Source: Acidobacteriota bacterium (GTDB lineage Bacteria; Acidobacteriota; Terriglobia; Acidiferrales; UBA7541). From it: 64,000 bases of DNA. The notes under the pieces were generated by a model. That model was given only the letters and a program-made list of their open reading frames with translations, searched no databases and was not told the origin of the DNA. The DNA lies in the NCBI GenBank assembly GCA_003223255.1, contig QHYJ01000144.1, positions 21,887-85,886 on the forward strand. Direction: 5' to 3'. Numbering within the stretch: the stretch's first letter is position 1; the number at the start of each line of letters is the position of its first letter. The position numbers and the translations under genes are program-made. Shown here piece by piece: positions 8,384-18,382 of this stretch.

Positions 8384-9811
8384 ATGACCGAACGCAAAGA
8401 CGACCGATTATGGGGAGGGCGCTTCGAGCGTGAGCCCAACGCTCAGTTCGACGCGTTCCAGCGCTCCTTTGCGGTCGACCGTCGGCTCCTGCCCTACGAA
8501 ATTGCCGTGGACCGCGCCTGGGCCAAAGCGCTCGAACCTATCGGCATTTTCACCGCGGCGGAAGTGAGGCAAACGCTCGGTGCGCTCGACAGAATTCTCG
8601 AGCGTGCGAAAACCGATGCCGCGTGGTTCGAGAAAACCGGAACTGGCGCCGAAGACGTCCACCACTTCGTCGAAAAAGCTCTTGTCGAGGAACTTGGCCC
8701 ATTCGGCTGGAAACTCCACACCGGCCGCAGCCGCAACGAACTCGTGGCCACCGATTTTCGCCTCTTGGTCATCGATGCTGCCGCTGAAATTCAACGCCAG
8801 CTCGACGAGCTCCTCAATGCGCTTCTGACGCAAGCTAAAGAACACCTCAGCGTGCCGATGGCGGGCATGACGCACATGCAGCACGCGCAGCCGATTTTGC
8901 TCTCGCACTTCTTGCTGGCCCACGCCGAAGCCTTCACGCGCGACATCCCGCGGCTGCAGCATGCAGCCGCCAGTGCAGACGCCTGCCCGATGGGTTCCGG
9001 CGCGCTCGCGGGAAATTCTTTTGGCGTCGACCGCAATGCCATTGCCCGCGAACTCGGCTTTTCTCGAATTACTGCCAACAGCCTGGATGCTGTCGGCGAC
9101 CGCGACTTCGCGCTCGATTATCTCTTCGCGCTCACTGGAATTACGACGCATCTTTCGCGCCTCGCTGAAGATTTCATAATCTTCGCTTCGCAGGAATTCT
9201 CTTACGTCATTCTTCCTGACGAATATTCCACCGGCAGCAGCTTAATGCCGCAAAAGAAAAATCCCGACGCCTGGGAACTGATTCGTGGCAAAAGTGGCCG
9301 AATCAGCGGCGCATTGCTCGCCTTACTCACAACCCTCAAGGGCCTGCCGACCAGTTACCAGCGCGATTTGCAAGAAGACAAAGAAGCGCTCTTCGCTGCT
9401 CACGACCAAGTTGCCGATATGGTCGCGGTCGCGACTGGCGCTCTGGCGTCCACGAAGTTCAACGCAGAGCGCTTGCGTGCAGCCGCTTCCAATCCTGCGC
9501 TGCTCGCTACGGAAGCAGCAGACTATCTCGTGCGCAAAGGCATTCCCTTCCGCCAGGCGCACGACATCGTCGGGAAAGTCTTACGCCAAGCCGAAAAACA
9601 AGGCGTTTCGTTGATGGCTTGGCCGCTGGACAAACTCAAAGACATTTCCCCCGCGTTTGAAGCGGACTTGGTAAAGAGTCTCAGATTGGATGCAGCCCTT
9701 TCCGCAAAAAAAGTTCCGGGGGGCACCGCACCCGAAAGCGTGCGCGCCGCCATCGCCGATCTGGAAGCACGTCTCAACAAAAAAGCCATCAAAACAGGAG
9801 CCAAACTATGA
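8384..9811 (+). CDS. argH: argininosuccinate lyase
   Basis: 475 aa. LWGGRF start and the fumarate-lyase signature GSSLMPQKKNPD. Confidence 0.95.
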   Translation: MTERKDDRLWGGRFEREPNAQFDAFQRSFAVDRRLLPYEIAVDRAWAKALEPIGIFTAAEVRQTLGALDRILERAKTDAAWFEKTGTGAEDVHHFVEKALVEELGPFGWKLHTGRSRNELVATDFRLLVIDAAAEIQRQLDELLNALLTQAKEHLSVPMAGMTHMQHAQPILLSHFLLAHAEAFTRDIPRLQHAAASADACPMGSGALAGNSFGVDRNAIARELGFSRITANSLDAVGDRDFALDYLFALTGITTHLSRLAEDFIIFASQEFSYVILPDEYSTGSSLMPQKKNPDAWELIRGKSGRISGALLALLTTLKGLPTSYQRDLQEDKEALFAAHDQVADMVAVATGALASTKFNAERLRAAASNPALLATEAADYLVRKGIPFRQAHDIVGKVLRQAEKQGVSLMAWPLDKLKDISPAFEADLVKSLRLDAALSAKKVPGGTAPESVRAAIADLEARLNKKAIKTGAKL

Positions 9812-9910
9812 GTCTACAATCCGCGCTTCACTTAGGAACCTTCCCACTCGTTTCAGAGGATCGGAGGTCCCTTCCGCGAGCGGCACGCTAGCCATCCGGA
9901 CACCCCGCGA

Positions 9911-11125
9911 ATGAACCATGCTCTCTCCGAAGCCGCGCTTCCCCGCGGATTCCGCTTCGCTGCGACCGCCTGCGGCTTGAAAAAAACCGGCGCGCTCGAT
10001 CTGGCGATTTTTTCAAGCGATCTCCCCGCCTCCGCGGCTGCCGTGTTTACGCAAAACCTAGTGGTGGCTGCGCCGGTAACGCTGTCAAAAAAAAATTTAC
10101 AACTTTCGGGTGGACGCATGCGCGCCGTGGTGGTGAACGCCGGAAACGCCAATTGCGCGACGGGTGCGCAAGGTGACGCGGCTGCGCTGCGCACGGTGGA
10201 AGAAACCGCGCGGCGACTGCGTGTGCAGCCACACGAAGTTTTTGTATGCTCCACGGGCGTGATCGGCGTACAGCTGCCGGTGGAGAAAATTCTTCGCGCG
10301 CTGCCCTCGCTCACACGCAATCGGCGCCCCTCGGCGCGCTCGTTCGCGGAGCTGTCTCTGGCAATATGCACCACGGACACGCGCCCAAAAACCGCAGCGG
10401 CCTCTTTCAAAATGGCCGGCAAGAGGATCCATCTAGTGGGCTGCGCCAAGGGCGCGGGGATGATTCATCCGAACATGGCGACCATGCTGGCTTTTGTGGC
10501 CACCGATGCGGCCATTTCGCCGGCGCTGCTGCAAAAGACGCTCAAGGAAGTAACGCAAAGGACCTTTAATGCCATCAGCGTGGACGGCGACACTTCGACG
10601 AACGACACGCTGCTTGTTTTGGCGAACGGCGAGGCCGGCGCGCCGTTAATCAAGAAGGGCAGCAAGGCACATCTCGCGTTCACCGCGGCGCTCCAAGAGG
10701 TTTGCCAGCCGCTCGCACTGCAAATCGTCGCCGATGGCGAAGGCGCGCAGCGGGTAATCGAAATCGAAGTGCGCCATGCGAAGAGCGAGGCTGCCGCGCG
10801 CCGCATTGCCGAAACGATTGCCACTTCGCCGCTGGTGAAAACGGCCTTCGCGGGTGGCGACCCCAATTGGGGCCGCATCTTCGCTGCCGCCGGCCGTTCG
10901 GGCGTGAAGTTCGATCCCGCGCTGGTGGACATCAAGATGGCGGGCATTCCCGTTCTCCGCAAAGGCCAGCCGCGGGAATTCAACGAGCGCACCGCCAGCA
11001 ACAAACTCCTTGCCGACCACGTTCCGCTGGTCGTCGACCTGCATGCTGGCGACGCCCGCGCGCGCTACTGGACCTGCGACTTCACCTCGGAATACGTGCG
11101 CATTAATGCGAGTTATCGCACCTAA
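9911..11125 (+). CDS. argJ: bifunctional glutamate N-acetyltransferase / amino-acid acetyltransferase
   Basis: 404 aa. CSTGVIGVQLP, the autoprocessing region GMIHPNMATMLAFVATDA, and C-terminal EYVRINASYRT. Confidence 0.95.
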   Translation: MNHALSEAALPRGFRFAATACGLKKTGALDLAIFSSDLPASAAAVFTQNLVVAAPVTLSKKNLQLSGGRMRAVVVNAGNANCATGAQGDAAALRTVEETARRLRVQPHEVFVCSTGVIGVQLPVEKILRALPSLTRNRRPSARSFAELSLAICTTDTRPKTAAASFKMAGKRIHLVGCAKGAGMIHPNMATMLAFVATDAAISPALLQKTLKEVTQRTFNAISVDGDTSTNDTLLVLANGEAGAPLIKKGSKAHLAFTAALQEVCQPLALQIVADGEGAQRVIEIEVRHAKSEAAARRIAETIATSPLVKTAFAGGDPNWGRIFAAAGRSGVKFDPALVDIKMAGIPVLRKGQPREFNERTASNKLLADHVPLVVDLHAGDARARYWTCDFTSEYVRINASYRT

Positions 11126-11131
11126 TCGGTC

Positions 11132-12319
11132 CTACTGGACGTAAGAAACTGGCGCAGTGGGCGCAGTTCTTTTTGACTTTCGGCTTAGAGCGCTTGCGTA
11201 TACAGAGAGGGTTCGATCGGCGACAATGTCCCAATTGAGACAAAGCTCGGCTCTTTTTCGCAGCTTTGCTCCGAGCTCGCATCTCCGCGAATGGTTGTTC
11301 AAAAGTTCCAGGACACACTCCGCAAGCTGCTGGGGGTTTTCTTCTTCCATCCAAACTCCATACTCTCCCAGGTGATCCGGGATTCCTGCCTTTCGCGTGC
11401 AAACCACGGGTAGCCGGTTGCCCGCAGCAACGGATGCGGGAAGCCCCGCAAAGCCTTCCGTGTAAGGCAAAATGAGCAAAAGACTGGTCTGGTAAAGCGG
11501 AATGATGTCCTCCATCGACAACTGATTGAGCCAAAGAACCTTGTCAGCCACGCCGAACCGTTGCGCCAATTGCAGGGCTGCTTCGGGAACTCTGTCTCCA
11601 TAGTGCCCATGGATTTTTAGCGTGGGGAGGTCTGCGCCCAGGCGCTGTTTGAGGATGGACATGGCCTCAAAAAGAGTCTGAATGCCCTTGCCCGACATGA
11701 GCTTATGTCCGCCGTAAAAAACGAGCCCATCCCGGGGATTCTCGTCCGTGAACTCCGGAAGATCGACCCCTTGCAACACGACATGAATTCTCTCCGGCTG
11801 GACTCCGAGTCGGATCAACTTCTGCCTTATATCGTTACAGTGAACAATGACTGCGTCCGCCTTGTTATAAATCCCGTTTTTCTCGGGGATCTGGAGTTGA
11901 TAGTAATCCAATTCATGAATCGTTATGACCCGCACGGCGCTCGAAGGTTGGCTCAGCCAATGGAAAACGACGCTCGAACCGTAGGCATTTAGGATTTGTT
12001 GAAAGTGAACGAGCTCGGCGTTCTTCGATAAATTTCGATATCGCCGCGCGCGAAAGAGGTAACTCCAGTGCCTTACACGGATTCTCGCCCAACGCTTCCA
12101 AGCCGTTTTCGATTCATACGGACGGACATGCGGCAGTTCAAAGTAATAGCAGTCGTGAATCTGGAATCTCTTGCCCACTTCGATGGGATCGCCACAGCCG
12201 CAATTCGAGGCTACCCACTGGATGGCCTGCCCGGTCTTCTTTTCTATGGCTCTCCTTAGTGAATCGGCATACCAGCCGTAAGAGGTTTGGAAGGGGCAAC
12301 AGATGAAAGTGACTCGCAT
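11132..12319 (-). CDS. glycosyltransferase, GT4 (GT-B fold) family
   Basis: 395 aa. The C-terminal half is typical of GT4: LVFYGGHKLMSGKGIQTLFEAM...LILPYTEGFAGLPASVAAGNRLPVVCTRKAGIPDHLGEYGVWMEEENPQQLAECVLELL. Confidence 0.8.
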   Translation of the reverse strand: MRVTFICCPFQTSYGWYADSLRRAIEKKTGQAIQWVASNCGCGDPIEVGKRFQIHDCYYFELPHVRPYESKTAWKRWARIRVRHWSYLFRARRYRNLSKNAELVHFQQILNAYGSSVVFHWLSQPSSAVRVITIHELDYYQLQIPEKNGIYNKADAVIVHCNDIRQKLIRLGVQPERIHVVLQGVDLPEFTDENPRDGLVFYGGHKLMSGKGIQTLFEAMSILKQRLGADLPTLKIHGHYGDRVPEAALQLAQRFGVADKVLWLNQLSMEDIIPLYQTSLLLILPYTEGFAGLPASVAAGNRLPVVCTRKAGIPDHLGEYGVWMEEENPQQLAECVLELLNNHSRRCELGAKLRKRAELCLNWDIVADRTLSVYASALSRKSKRTAPTAPVSYVQ

Positions 12320-12333
12320 GCTCAGGAAACCTC

Positions 12334-13632
12334 TTATCTCCGATTCCTGACACCGAATCGATGGAGAACCGAACTGTATTTTTGCTTAAGCGCGGGCAAC
12401 AGTTTCGTCCTGACTTGGCATAGGAAGAACGGGTAGAAATCCCGATTGAAGACCATGCCAGTGAAGTGCTGGCGCGTCGCGGACGTCCACGACAGCTTGA
12501 AGCGGTCCCGGACGCCGCCAAAATCGAGTTCCCGAATTCGTTTCCCGGCACACTCTTCAAGGATCGCATTGATGAGCAAATGGCCAGGCCCCCCGCGGTG
12601 GAACGACTCGTCATAGGCAATCTTGACGGGATAGTAGCAATCCTCGGTCACCAAGCTGAAAGCCGCAGCTACCGTGCGACCGCCGGCCTGCAGGGTGTGG
12701 AGGCAGAACTGACCCAGCCTGGCCGCAATACGCGCGGCTTCCTCATAGAAGGCGAGTGTTTCTTTGCAGCACTGGATGGCAGAGCCCTCTTTTCCTTTCC
12801 ATCCAGATGCTTCCAATTCAAAAAACCCGCGAAGCAATTCGGGGGCGGCCTGGACCTTACGAACCAGCCTCAGCGGGCCTCCTGTTTCCGCTTGCAACAC
12901 CCGGGCGAATCTCCGAAGTTCATGACGAAAATGCCGCGACGTTTCTCCTAACCAGTCCGCTCGTCCGAACCCGTCGACCTTTATGCGCAAATACGGGCTT
13001 TCGCAACCGGGCAGAGCTCTTGTCCGAAACCCATCCCGGGCAGCGTGGAACAACAACCGATGGCAGGGGCCATCGGCGGGAAACATGGGGAGTTCAAGCA
13101 GGTGCCACTGCGGAATTCGTTTTATAAGGTTCCAGATTGCTTTAACGCCGGCGTCTCCCGCCGGACCGGGGACGCGGAGGATATCGAATCGCACGGAATG
13201 CGTGTTGGCGGCGCCTACAAGCTTGAGGACCGGCATTCCGGCAAACAGGCCCCGCTTCCGTAGCAAGGGCAGCACGGCGGTGAGACGGTCGCCGATGCGC
13301 GCCGTCAACAGCACTACTTCGCTTGCCCCCTCAAACGCATAAATGTACGTGCAAATCCATTCCGGTCTGAAGAAAGGTTCGCAACTCGTTTCTTCGCACA
13401 ACTGACGCCATTGATCTTCGATCGAATGGACGATCTCTATGCCGCCAACCAGAACTTCCGAGGTGGTCAGATCAACAATTTCCTGGACCGAGGTTAAGAC
13501 AAGGCCGTTGTGTACCACAAGGTTCCCCACCGGGATCAGCGCAGAACTAGGAATAAGGACCACCCCCAAAATTCCTGAAGGGCTTCGTCGATCACAGACT
13601 CTGGGTCTGCATCGGCTTCCGTACACTCGCAT
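12334..13632 (-). CDS. FemAB/CelD-like GNAT acyltransferase (BioF2-like family)
   Basis: 432-aa ORF with IEDQWRQLCEE..EPFFRPEW, ELEASGWKGKEGSAI, and AAFSLVTEDCYYPVKIAYDESFHRGGPGHLLI. The start is uncertain. It lies 14 nt upstream of the GT4 gene on the same strand. Confidence 0.6.
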   Translation of the reverse strand: MRVYGSRCRPRVCDRRSPSGILGVVLIPSSALIPVGNLVVHNGLVLTSVQEIVDLTTSEVLVGGIEIVHSIEDQWRQLCEETSCEPFFRPEWICTYIYAFEGASEVVLLTARIGDRLTAVLPLLRKRGLFAGMPVLKLVGAANTHSVRFDILRVPGPAGDAGVKAIWNLIKRIPQWHLLELPMFPADGPCHRLLFHAARDGFRTRALPGCESPYLRIKVDGFGRADWLGETSRHFRHELRRFARVLQAETGGPLRLVRKVQAAPELLRGFFELEASGWKGKEGSAIQCCKETLAFYEEAARIAARLGQFCLHTLQAGGRTVAAAFSLVTEDCYYPVKIAYDESFHRGGPGHLLINAILEECAGKRIRELDFGGVRDRFKLSWTSATRQHFTGMVFNRDFYPFFLCQVRTKLLPALKQKYSSVLHRFGVRNRR

Positions 13633-13776
13633 GACTCGGGTGCCGGTTCGAATGCGGGCGATACTGTCAATTCCTCTAAGGTTAATACCTGATGTGATTA
13701 TGGCGGGAGCGATGGCGCAGAGGTCATTTCCAAAAAGTCTTACCGAGCACGGTATTCCCCGAAAGGCGAAAAGACG

Positions 13777-15393
13777 CTAGGACTCCCACTTCCAGTTCGC
13801 AAATTGTTCGCGGAGGGCGATTTTCTTGAATTTGCCGACGGATGTACGGGGGATGGAGTCCAGGAACACGAAGGCGTCGGGCAGCTGCCACTTGGCAAAC
13901 GATGCAGCGAGGAAGGCCCGCAACTCTTCGGCGGTGGCGCTAGCCCCATCCTTCAGGACGACGGCGGCGAGCGGGCGTTCCTGCCATTTCGGATGGGGAA
14001 TGCCGACGACACACGCTTCTTTCACGGCGGGGTGCCCCATCAGAGCGTTTTCCAAATCGACGGAGCTGATCCACTCGCCGCCGGACTTCACCAAATCCTT
14101 CGCGCGGTCGACGATTTTGACGTAGCCGTCTTCGTCCATGGTGGCGACATCGCCGGTGCGGAACCAGCCGTCGTCCGTCCAACGATGGGCTTGGTCGGGG
14201 GATTGGTAGTAGCTGGCGGCGATCCATGGGCCGCGAATTTCGATTTCGCCCGAGGTGACCCCGTCCCAGGGTGCCTCCCCTTCTGGCCGCATCAGGCGAA
14301 TTTCCACAAAAGGAGCTGGCCATCCCTGCTTGGACCGGACTTCATATTTTTTGTCCTCCGCCCAGTCTGCCATGCGCGTGCGGAGGCCGCCGGTAGTGCC
14401 GATGGGAGTGGTCTCGGTCATGCCCCAGAGATGCTTGATGCGCAGGCCGAAGCGGTCCAGCCGCCGAATGAGTTCTACCGGAGGAGCGGTACCGCCAACC
14501 AGAACACGTATGGGTGCGTGAAACTTCCAACGCGTGGGATTTTTTTCAAGGGCATCGAGAACGGCGATCCAAACCGTCGGAACGCCGCAGGCGACTGTCA
14601 CTTTCTCGTTGACCATCAGCTCCAGGATGCTTTCGGGATCGACATGGGGACCCGGGAGCACGAGACGCGCGCCGAGCATGGTGGCGGCATACGGAATGCC
14701 CCAGGCATTGGCGTGGAACATGGGAGCAACCGGCAGGACGGTATCGGCCTCGCTCATGCCAAACGCTTCGACCAAGCCACAGCAGAAGGAATGCAACACA
14801 AGAGCGCGGTGCGAGTAGATGACGCCCTTGGAAAAACCCGTCGTACCCGAGGTGAAACACATCGCGGCTCCGTCGTTTTCGTCAATCGCCGGGTAGTGGA
14901 AGTCGGCGCCGGGAGCAGCCAGCAGCTCTTCATAATTCAAAAAGCCTTCGGGCACGGTATGGAAGCCATAGGGCACGACGATCACACGTTCGAAAGGGAT
15001 ATCCTCGCGGAACTTTTCATAGATGGGATAGAGCACGTCATCTATGAGGAGAAAGCGGTCACCCGCATGTTTGGCGATGCTCGCAATTTCATGCGGATGG
15101 AGGCGAAGGTTCAGCGTGTGCAAGATGCCGCCGGCGCATGGAACTCCGAAGAAGGCTTCCAGGTGGCCGGAATGATTCCACATCATGGAAGCGACGCGGT
15201 CCCCTGGTTTTAAGCCGAGTTTTGTGAGGGCGGCGGCAAGACGTCGTGCGCGGCGATAGAATTCGCCGTAACTGGTGCGAACAATGGACTTATCTGGTTT
15301 TCGGGAAACGATTTCGACCCGCGGGAAGATTTTCCCGGAACGCTCCAAGATCGTGCGGAGCGTCAAGGGAAAATCCATCATCGTGCCGCGCAT
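13777..15393 (-). CDS. fatty-acid--CoA ligase (AMP-dependent synthetase)
   Basis: AMP-binding motifs CFTSGTTGFSKGV, LWGMTE, RTGDVATMDEDGYVKIVDRAKD, and IPRTSVGKFKK. The ORF track starts at 15516, but MRGTMMDFPLTL (ATG 15393 or 15381) fits family N-termini better. Confidence 0.85.
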   Translation of the reverse strand: MRGTMMDFPLTLRTILERSGKIFPRVEIVSRKPDKSIVRTSYGEFYRRARRLAAALTKLGLKPGDRVASMMWNHSGHLEAFFGVPCAGGILHTLNLRLHPHEIASIAKHAGDRFLLIDDVLYPIYEKFREDIPFERVIVVPYGFHTVPEGFLNYEELLAAPGADFHYPAIDENDGAAMCFTSGTTGFSKGVIYSHRALVLHSFCCGLVEAFGMSEADTVLPVAPMFHANAWGIPYAATMLGARLVLPGPHVDPESILELMVNEKVTVACGVPTVWIAVLDALEKNPTRWKFHAPIRVLVGGTAPPVELIRRLDRFGLRIKHLWGMTETTPIGTTGGLRTRMADWAEDKKYEVRSKQGWPAPFVEIRLMRPEGEAPWDGVTSGEIEIRGPWIAASYYQSPDQAHRWTDDGWFRTGDVATMDEDGYVKIVDRAKDLVKSGGEWISSVDLENALMGHPAVKEACVVGIPHPKWQERPLAAVVLKDGASATAEELRAFLAASFAKWQLPDAFVFLDSIPRTSVGKFKKIALREQFANWKWES

Positions 15394-15670
15394 GGACCCT
15401 CTCCGAGCGGGGACAAGCGGGCCGCATGCTAGCACGAATTCTTGGTCAGGGGGAATCGCGCGGGGCAGGGGTAAACTAGGAACTAGGGGCAATCCGGGCA
15501 TTTTATTTAGTTGCAAATCCGGTCAATTTCCGAGACGATGCACCAGACCGCTGAAGTTCCGGTCTCGCTCCCCTCGGCGGCAGCGCAGATTCGCCTCCCC
15601 GGTGAACGAAGCTGTGGCTCCGGCGCGCTCCGCGACTCGCAAGTCAGGTTCCGGGCAGAAGGAGTAATAG

Positions 15671-16039
15671 GTGAAGAAGCTCTATATCGGCAATCTTCCG
15701 TTTTCGGCAACGGAGGATCAGCTTCAGGAGTGGTTTTCCCAAGTGGGAGTATCCCCTTCAGGCGTCAATCTCATTCGCGATCGTTTTACGGGTCAATCGC
15801 GCGGCTTCGCCTTTGTCGAGATCAACAGCGACGAAGAGGCGGACCGTGCGATCAATTCCTTGAACGGGCAGAATTTCGGCGGGAGAAACCTGGTGGTCAA
15901 CGAAGCCCGTCCTCAGACCGAGCGCAGCGGCGGAGGACGTGGTGGTTACGGCGGCGGGCGCGGTGGTGGTGGTGGTGGACGTAGCGGCCACGGTGGCGGC
16001 CGTGGCGGAGACCGCGGCGATCGCGGCAATCGCTGGTAG
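15671..16039 (+). CDS. RRM-type RNA-binding protein with Gly/Arg-rich tail
   Basis: KLYIGNLPF (RNP2) and RGFAFVEI (RNP1), followed by GGGRGGYGGGRGGGGGGRSGHGGGRGGDRGDRGNRW. GTG start with a GGAG upstream. Confidence 0.9.
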   Translation: MKKLYIGNLPFSATEDQLQEWFSQVGVSPSGVNLIRDRFTGQSRGFAFVEINSDEEADRAINSLNGQNFGGRNLVVNEARPQTERSGGGRGGYGGGRGGGGGGRSGHGGGRGGDRGDRGNRW

Positions 16040-16463
16040 GCAGATAGTTCGAGTCTGAGAAAATTGGGACTCCGCGCAGCAAGGCCCAGCACTCCCCTTC
16101 TGAAAAACCCTGAGCGGCACGTCTGCGCGAAATCAGGTTCCCACTCCGCGTATTTGTACGTACTGCTGCGCGTAATTCCGGGTCCGGCTGCGTAAGATTC
16201 ATTCATCCCAAGACCACCGTGCGCGACCTGTCTCACCCGTAGTCGCACCGAGGATCTTCTCCAGATAGCGCGCGAGACAAATATCCCCGTAACGGGTTTG
16301 ATTCAACAGGTGAGGAAAATGCTTCACCGAGAAGTTGCTGATGTATATGAATAGCTGGGACATTGGAGCAGCAGCCCAGGGGAAGACGCGGAGGAAAACC
16401 TCGGTGAACCTTCCGGGCGCACGCTGCATCCAATGGCTTGGGTAAAGAGTGGTACTACACAGC

Positions 16464-16739
16464 ATGACCACTTGGAGCAAACGCGATTGGAAGCAATTTT
16501 ACGAGATGGCGCGCCGCCCGTGGCGAAGTCACCGTCCTCCCCGACCGGTGTATCCGACGGGGTTGAACCGCGTGTTACCGGCCCAGGGATTCAGTCTCTC
16601 CGAGCTTGATGATGCTGGCGTGAACCTCGAACTTGCGGAGCGGCTGGGGCTGCCCGTGGACGCGGGACGCATTGGCACCTACGGCCCCAACGTTACCGTT
16701 CTGCGCGATTTCGTGCGCTCCTCGCGGCAGCCTTTGTAA
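16464..16739 (+). CDS. small protein with ribosomal-protein-L13e-like domain
   Basis: AQGFSLSELDDAGVNLELAERLGLPVDAGRIGTYGPNVTVLRDF resembles the eukaryotic/archaeal L13e core (GRGFSLEEL..AGI....A.TIGI.VD.RR......NV.RL). The ORF-track start is 16449; an ATG lies at 16464. Confidence 0.5.
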   Translation: MTTWSKRDWKQFYEMARRPWRSHRPPRPVYPTGLNRVLPAQGFSLSELDDAGVNLELAERLGLPVDAGRIGTYGPNVTVLRDFVRSSRQPL

Positions 16740-16846
16740 GATTTCTTTCTTTGGCATCCGACGATCTCTTGGTGTCTTCCGTTTTTCATTCGAACGCTGC
16801 AGGCTTCCAGGGCTAGAATAGCCAGCTCTCTCCCTAGGAGTTGCGA

Positions 16847-17674
16847 ATGAAAAACTTCCTTCTATTCCTTCTGGTGATTCTGGCTTCGGCTTTGCCCCCG
16901 GCCACGGCGCCGGAGTATTCCATCCAAGCCATCCGCTACGCTTCCGCCGAAGATGAAGTTGCGGGCCTCGTCATGGGCGCGCCGAAAGGCGAGAAAATCA
17001 ACATCGCCATGGTCGTCTGGCTCATTCGAGGCGGCGGCCACAACATCCTTTTTGACAGCGGCTATCACCGCGATACTTTTCTCAGGTCTTTTCCATCCGC
17101 GGAATACATTCGGCCCGACGAAGCGGTGAAGCTCGCAGGCGTCCAACCCGAAGAAATCACCGACATCGTCATTAGCCACTCCCACTGGGACCACCTCGGC
17201 GGCATCGATCTTTTTCCCAAGGCGACGGTCTGGATTCAGAAAGAGGAATTTCGGTATTACACCGCTGACGCGTGGCAGCCCGGCGGCAATCATGGAGGTA
17301 TCGATCCCGAGGACGTGCAGCAACTGGTCAAGTTGAATACGGAAGGACGCTTGCGCTTGGTGAATGGCGATAACGTCGAAGTTCTTCCCGGCATTCGCGC
17401 CTACACCGGAGCACGACACACCTACGCGTCCCAATATATTCGCGTGGAGGGGCATCCCCCGTTTGTGCTGGCCTCGGACAATTGCTATCTCTATCGCAAC
17501 CTCGGGGAGCACAAGGCCAGCGCTACGTTTTCTGAGGCCGACCAGCCGGCCAACATCAAGAACCAGGCGCGCATGATCGAGTTGGCGGGCTCCCCCGACC
17601 GCGTTGTGCCCGGCCACGACATGCTGCAATTTCAGAAATTTCCTACGGAAGGCCGCGTCGCCAAGATCCGATAG
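16847..17674 (+). CDS. secreted MBL-fold metallo-hydrolase (lactonase-like)
   Basis: Signal peptide MKNFLLFLLVILASALPPATA and the HSHWDHLGG metal-binding motif. Confidence 0.85.
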   Translation: MKNFLLFLLVILASALPPATAPEYSIQAIRYASAEDEVAGLVMGAPKGEKINIAMVVWLIRGGGHNILFDSGYHRDTFLRSFPSAEYIRPDEAVKLAGVQPEEITDIVISHSHWDHLGGIDLFPKATVWIQKEEFRYYTADAWQPGGNHGGIDPEDVQQLVKLNTEGRLRLVNGDNVEVLPGIRAYTGARHTYASQYIRVEGHPPFVLASDNCYLYRNLGEHKASATFSEADQPANIKNQARMIELAGSPDRVVPGHDMLQFQKFPTEGRVAKIR

Positions 17675-17766
17675 GCGAGCGCCATTTTGCCATTTGGCTC
17701 GTCCAAACACGGTGACGCGCGAGAAGTGTGGGTAAAGCATTCGGCGGGGAAAGGAGCTCGACAAAA

Positions 17767-18315
17767 ATGAAGAATCTATCGGCAATACTGGTTCTGGCCT
17801 TTGCTGCATTGCTCTCGCCTGCACAAGAAAAACCGAAAGCACAAACAAGCCCCATTTGCCTGATGCACCTGCAGAAGACTAATTCGACCGAGGACCCGCA
17901 CCATGAGGGCGTGGTGCAACGCGGGGATGAGGTGATGGGCTTTTCCCACGAGAAAACCACGCATCATTTCAGACTGTACGCCGACGGCGGAGCCATCGAA
18001 GCAGAAGCCAACGACGCAAAAGACGCGGCCAGCCGGGATCAGATCCGCTCGCACTTCGGACACATTGTCACGATGTTCGCCGCCGGAAATTTCTCGGCCC
18101 CCATGCTAATTCATGCGCAGAATCCACCAGGGACAGAAACGCTGAAACGCCTGCAGGACGCAATGCAGTACAAGTTGGAAACCACTGAAAAAGGCGCGCG
18201 CATCCGCATCACCACAAAGGACCCGGACGCGCTGCGCGCCGTGCACGAGTTTATGCGCTTCCAGATTTCCGACCACCAAACCGGCGATTCTCTCGACATG
18301 ACGAAAGTGCCATAG
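17767..18315 (+). CDS. secreted hypothetical protein
   Basis: ATG 17767 gives the signal peptide MKNLSAILVLAFAALLSPAQE. His-rich core GFSHEKTTHHF...HFGHIV. No family recognised. Confidence 0.6.
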   Translation: MKNLSAILVLAFAALLSPAQEKPKAQTSPICLMHLQKTNSTEDPHHEGVVQRGDEVMGFSHEKTTHHFRLYADGGAIEAEANDAKDAASRDQIRSHFGHIVTMFAAGNFSAPMLIHAQNPPGTETLKRLQDAMQYKLETTEKGARIRITTKDPDALRAVHEFMRFQISDHQTGDSLDMTKVP

Positions 18316-18382
18316 CTGCATCCGGACTTCGGTTTGTAGCCTGCTTTGGATACGCGTAAAATAAAAGTTTCGCGCCTATTCT

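Noticed and set aside
16199-16480. 93-aa minus-strand ORF (internal MSQLFIYISNFSVKHFPHLLNQTRYGDICLARYLEKILG).
   Set aside because: It partly overlaps the L13e-like gene start. It has no recognisable family or SD. It could be a real small gene, but the evidence is too thin to list as a feature.
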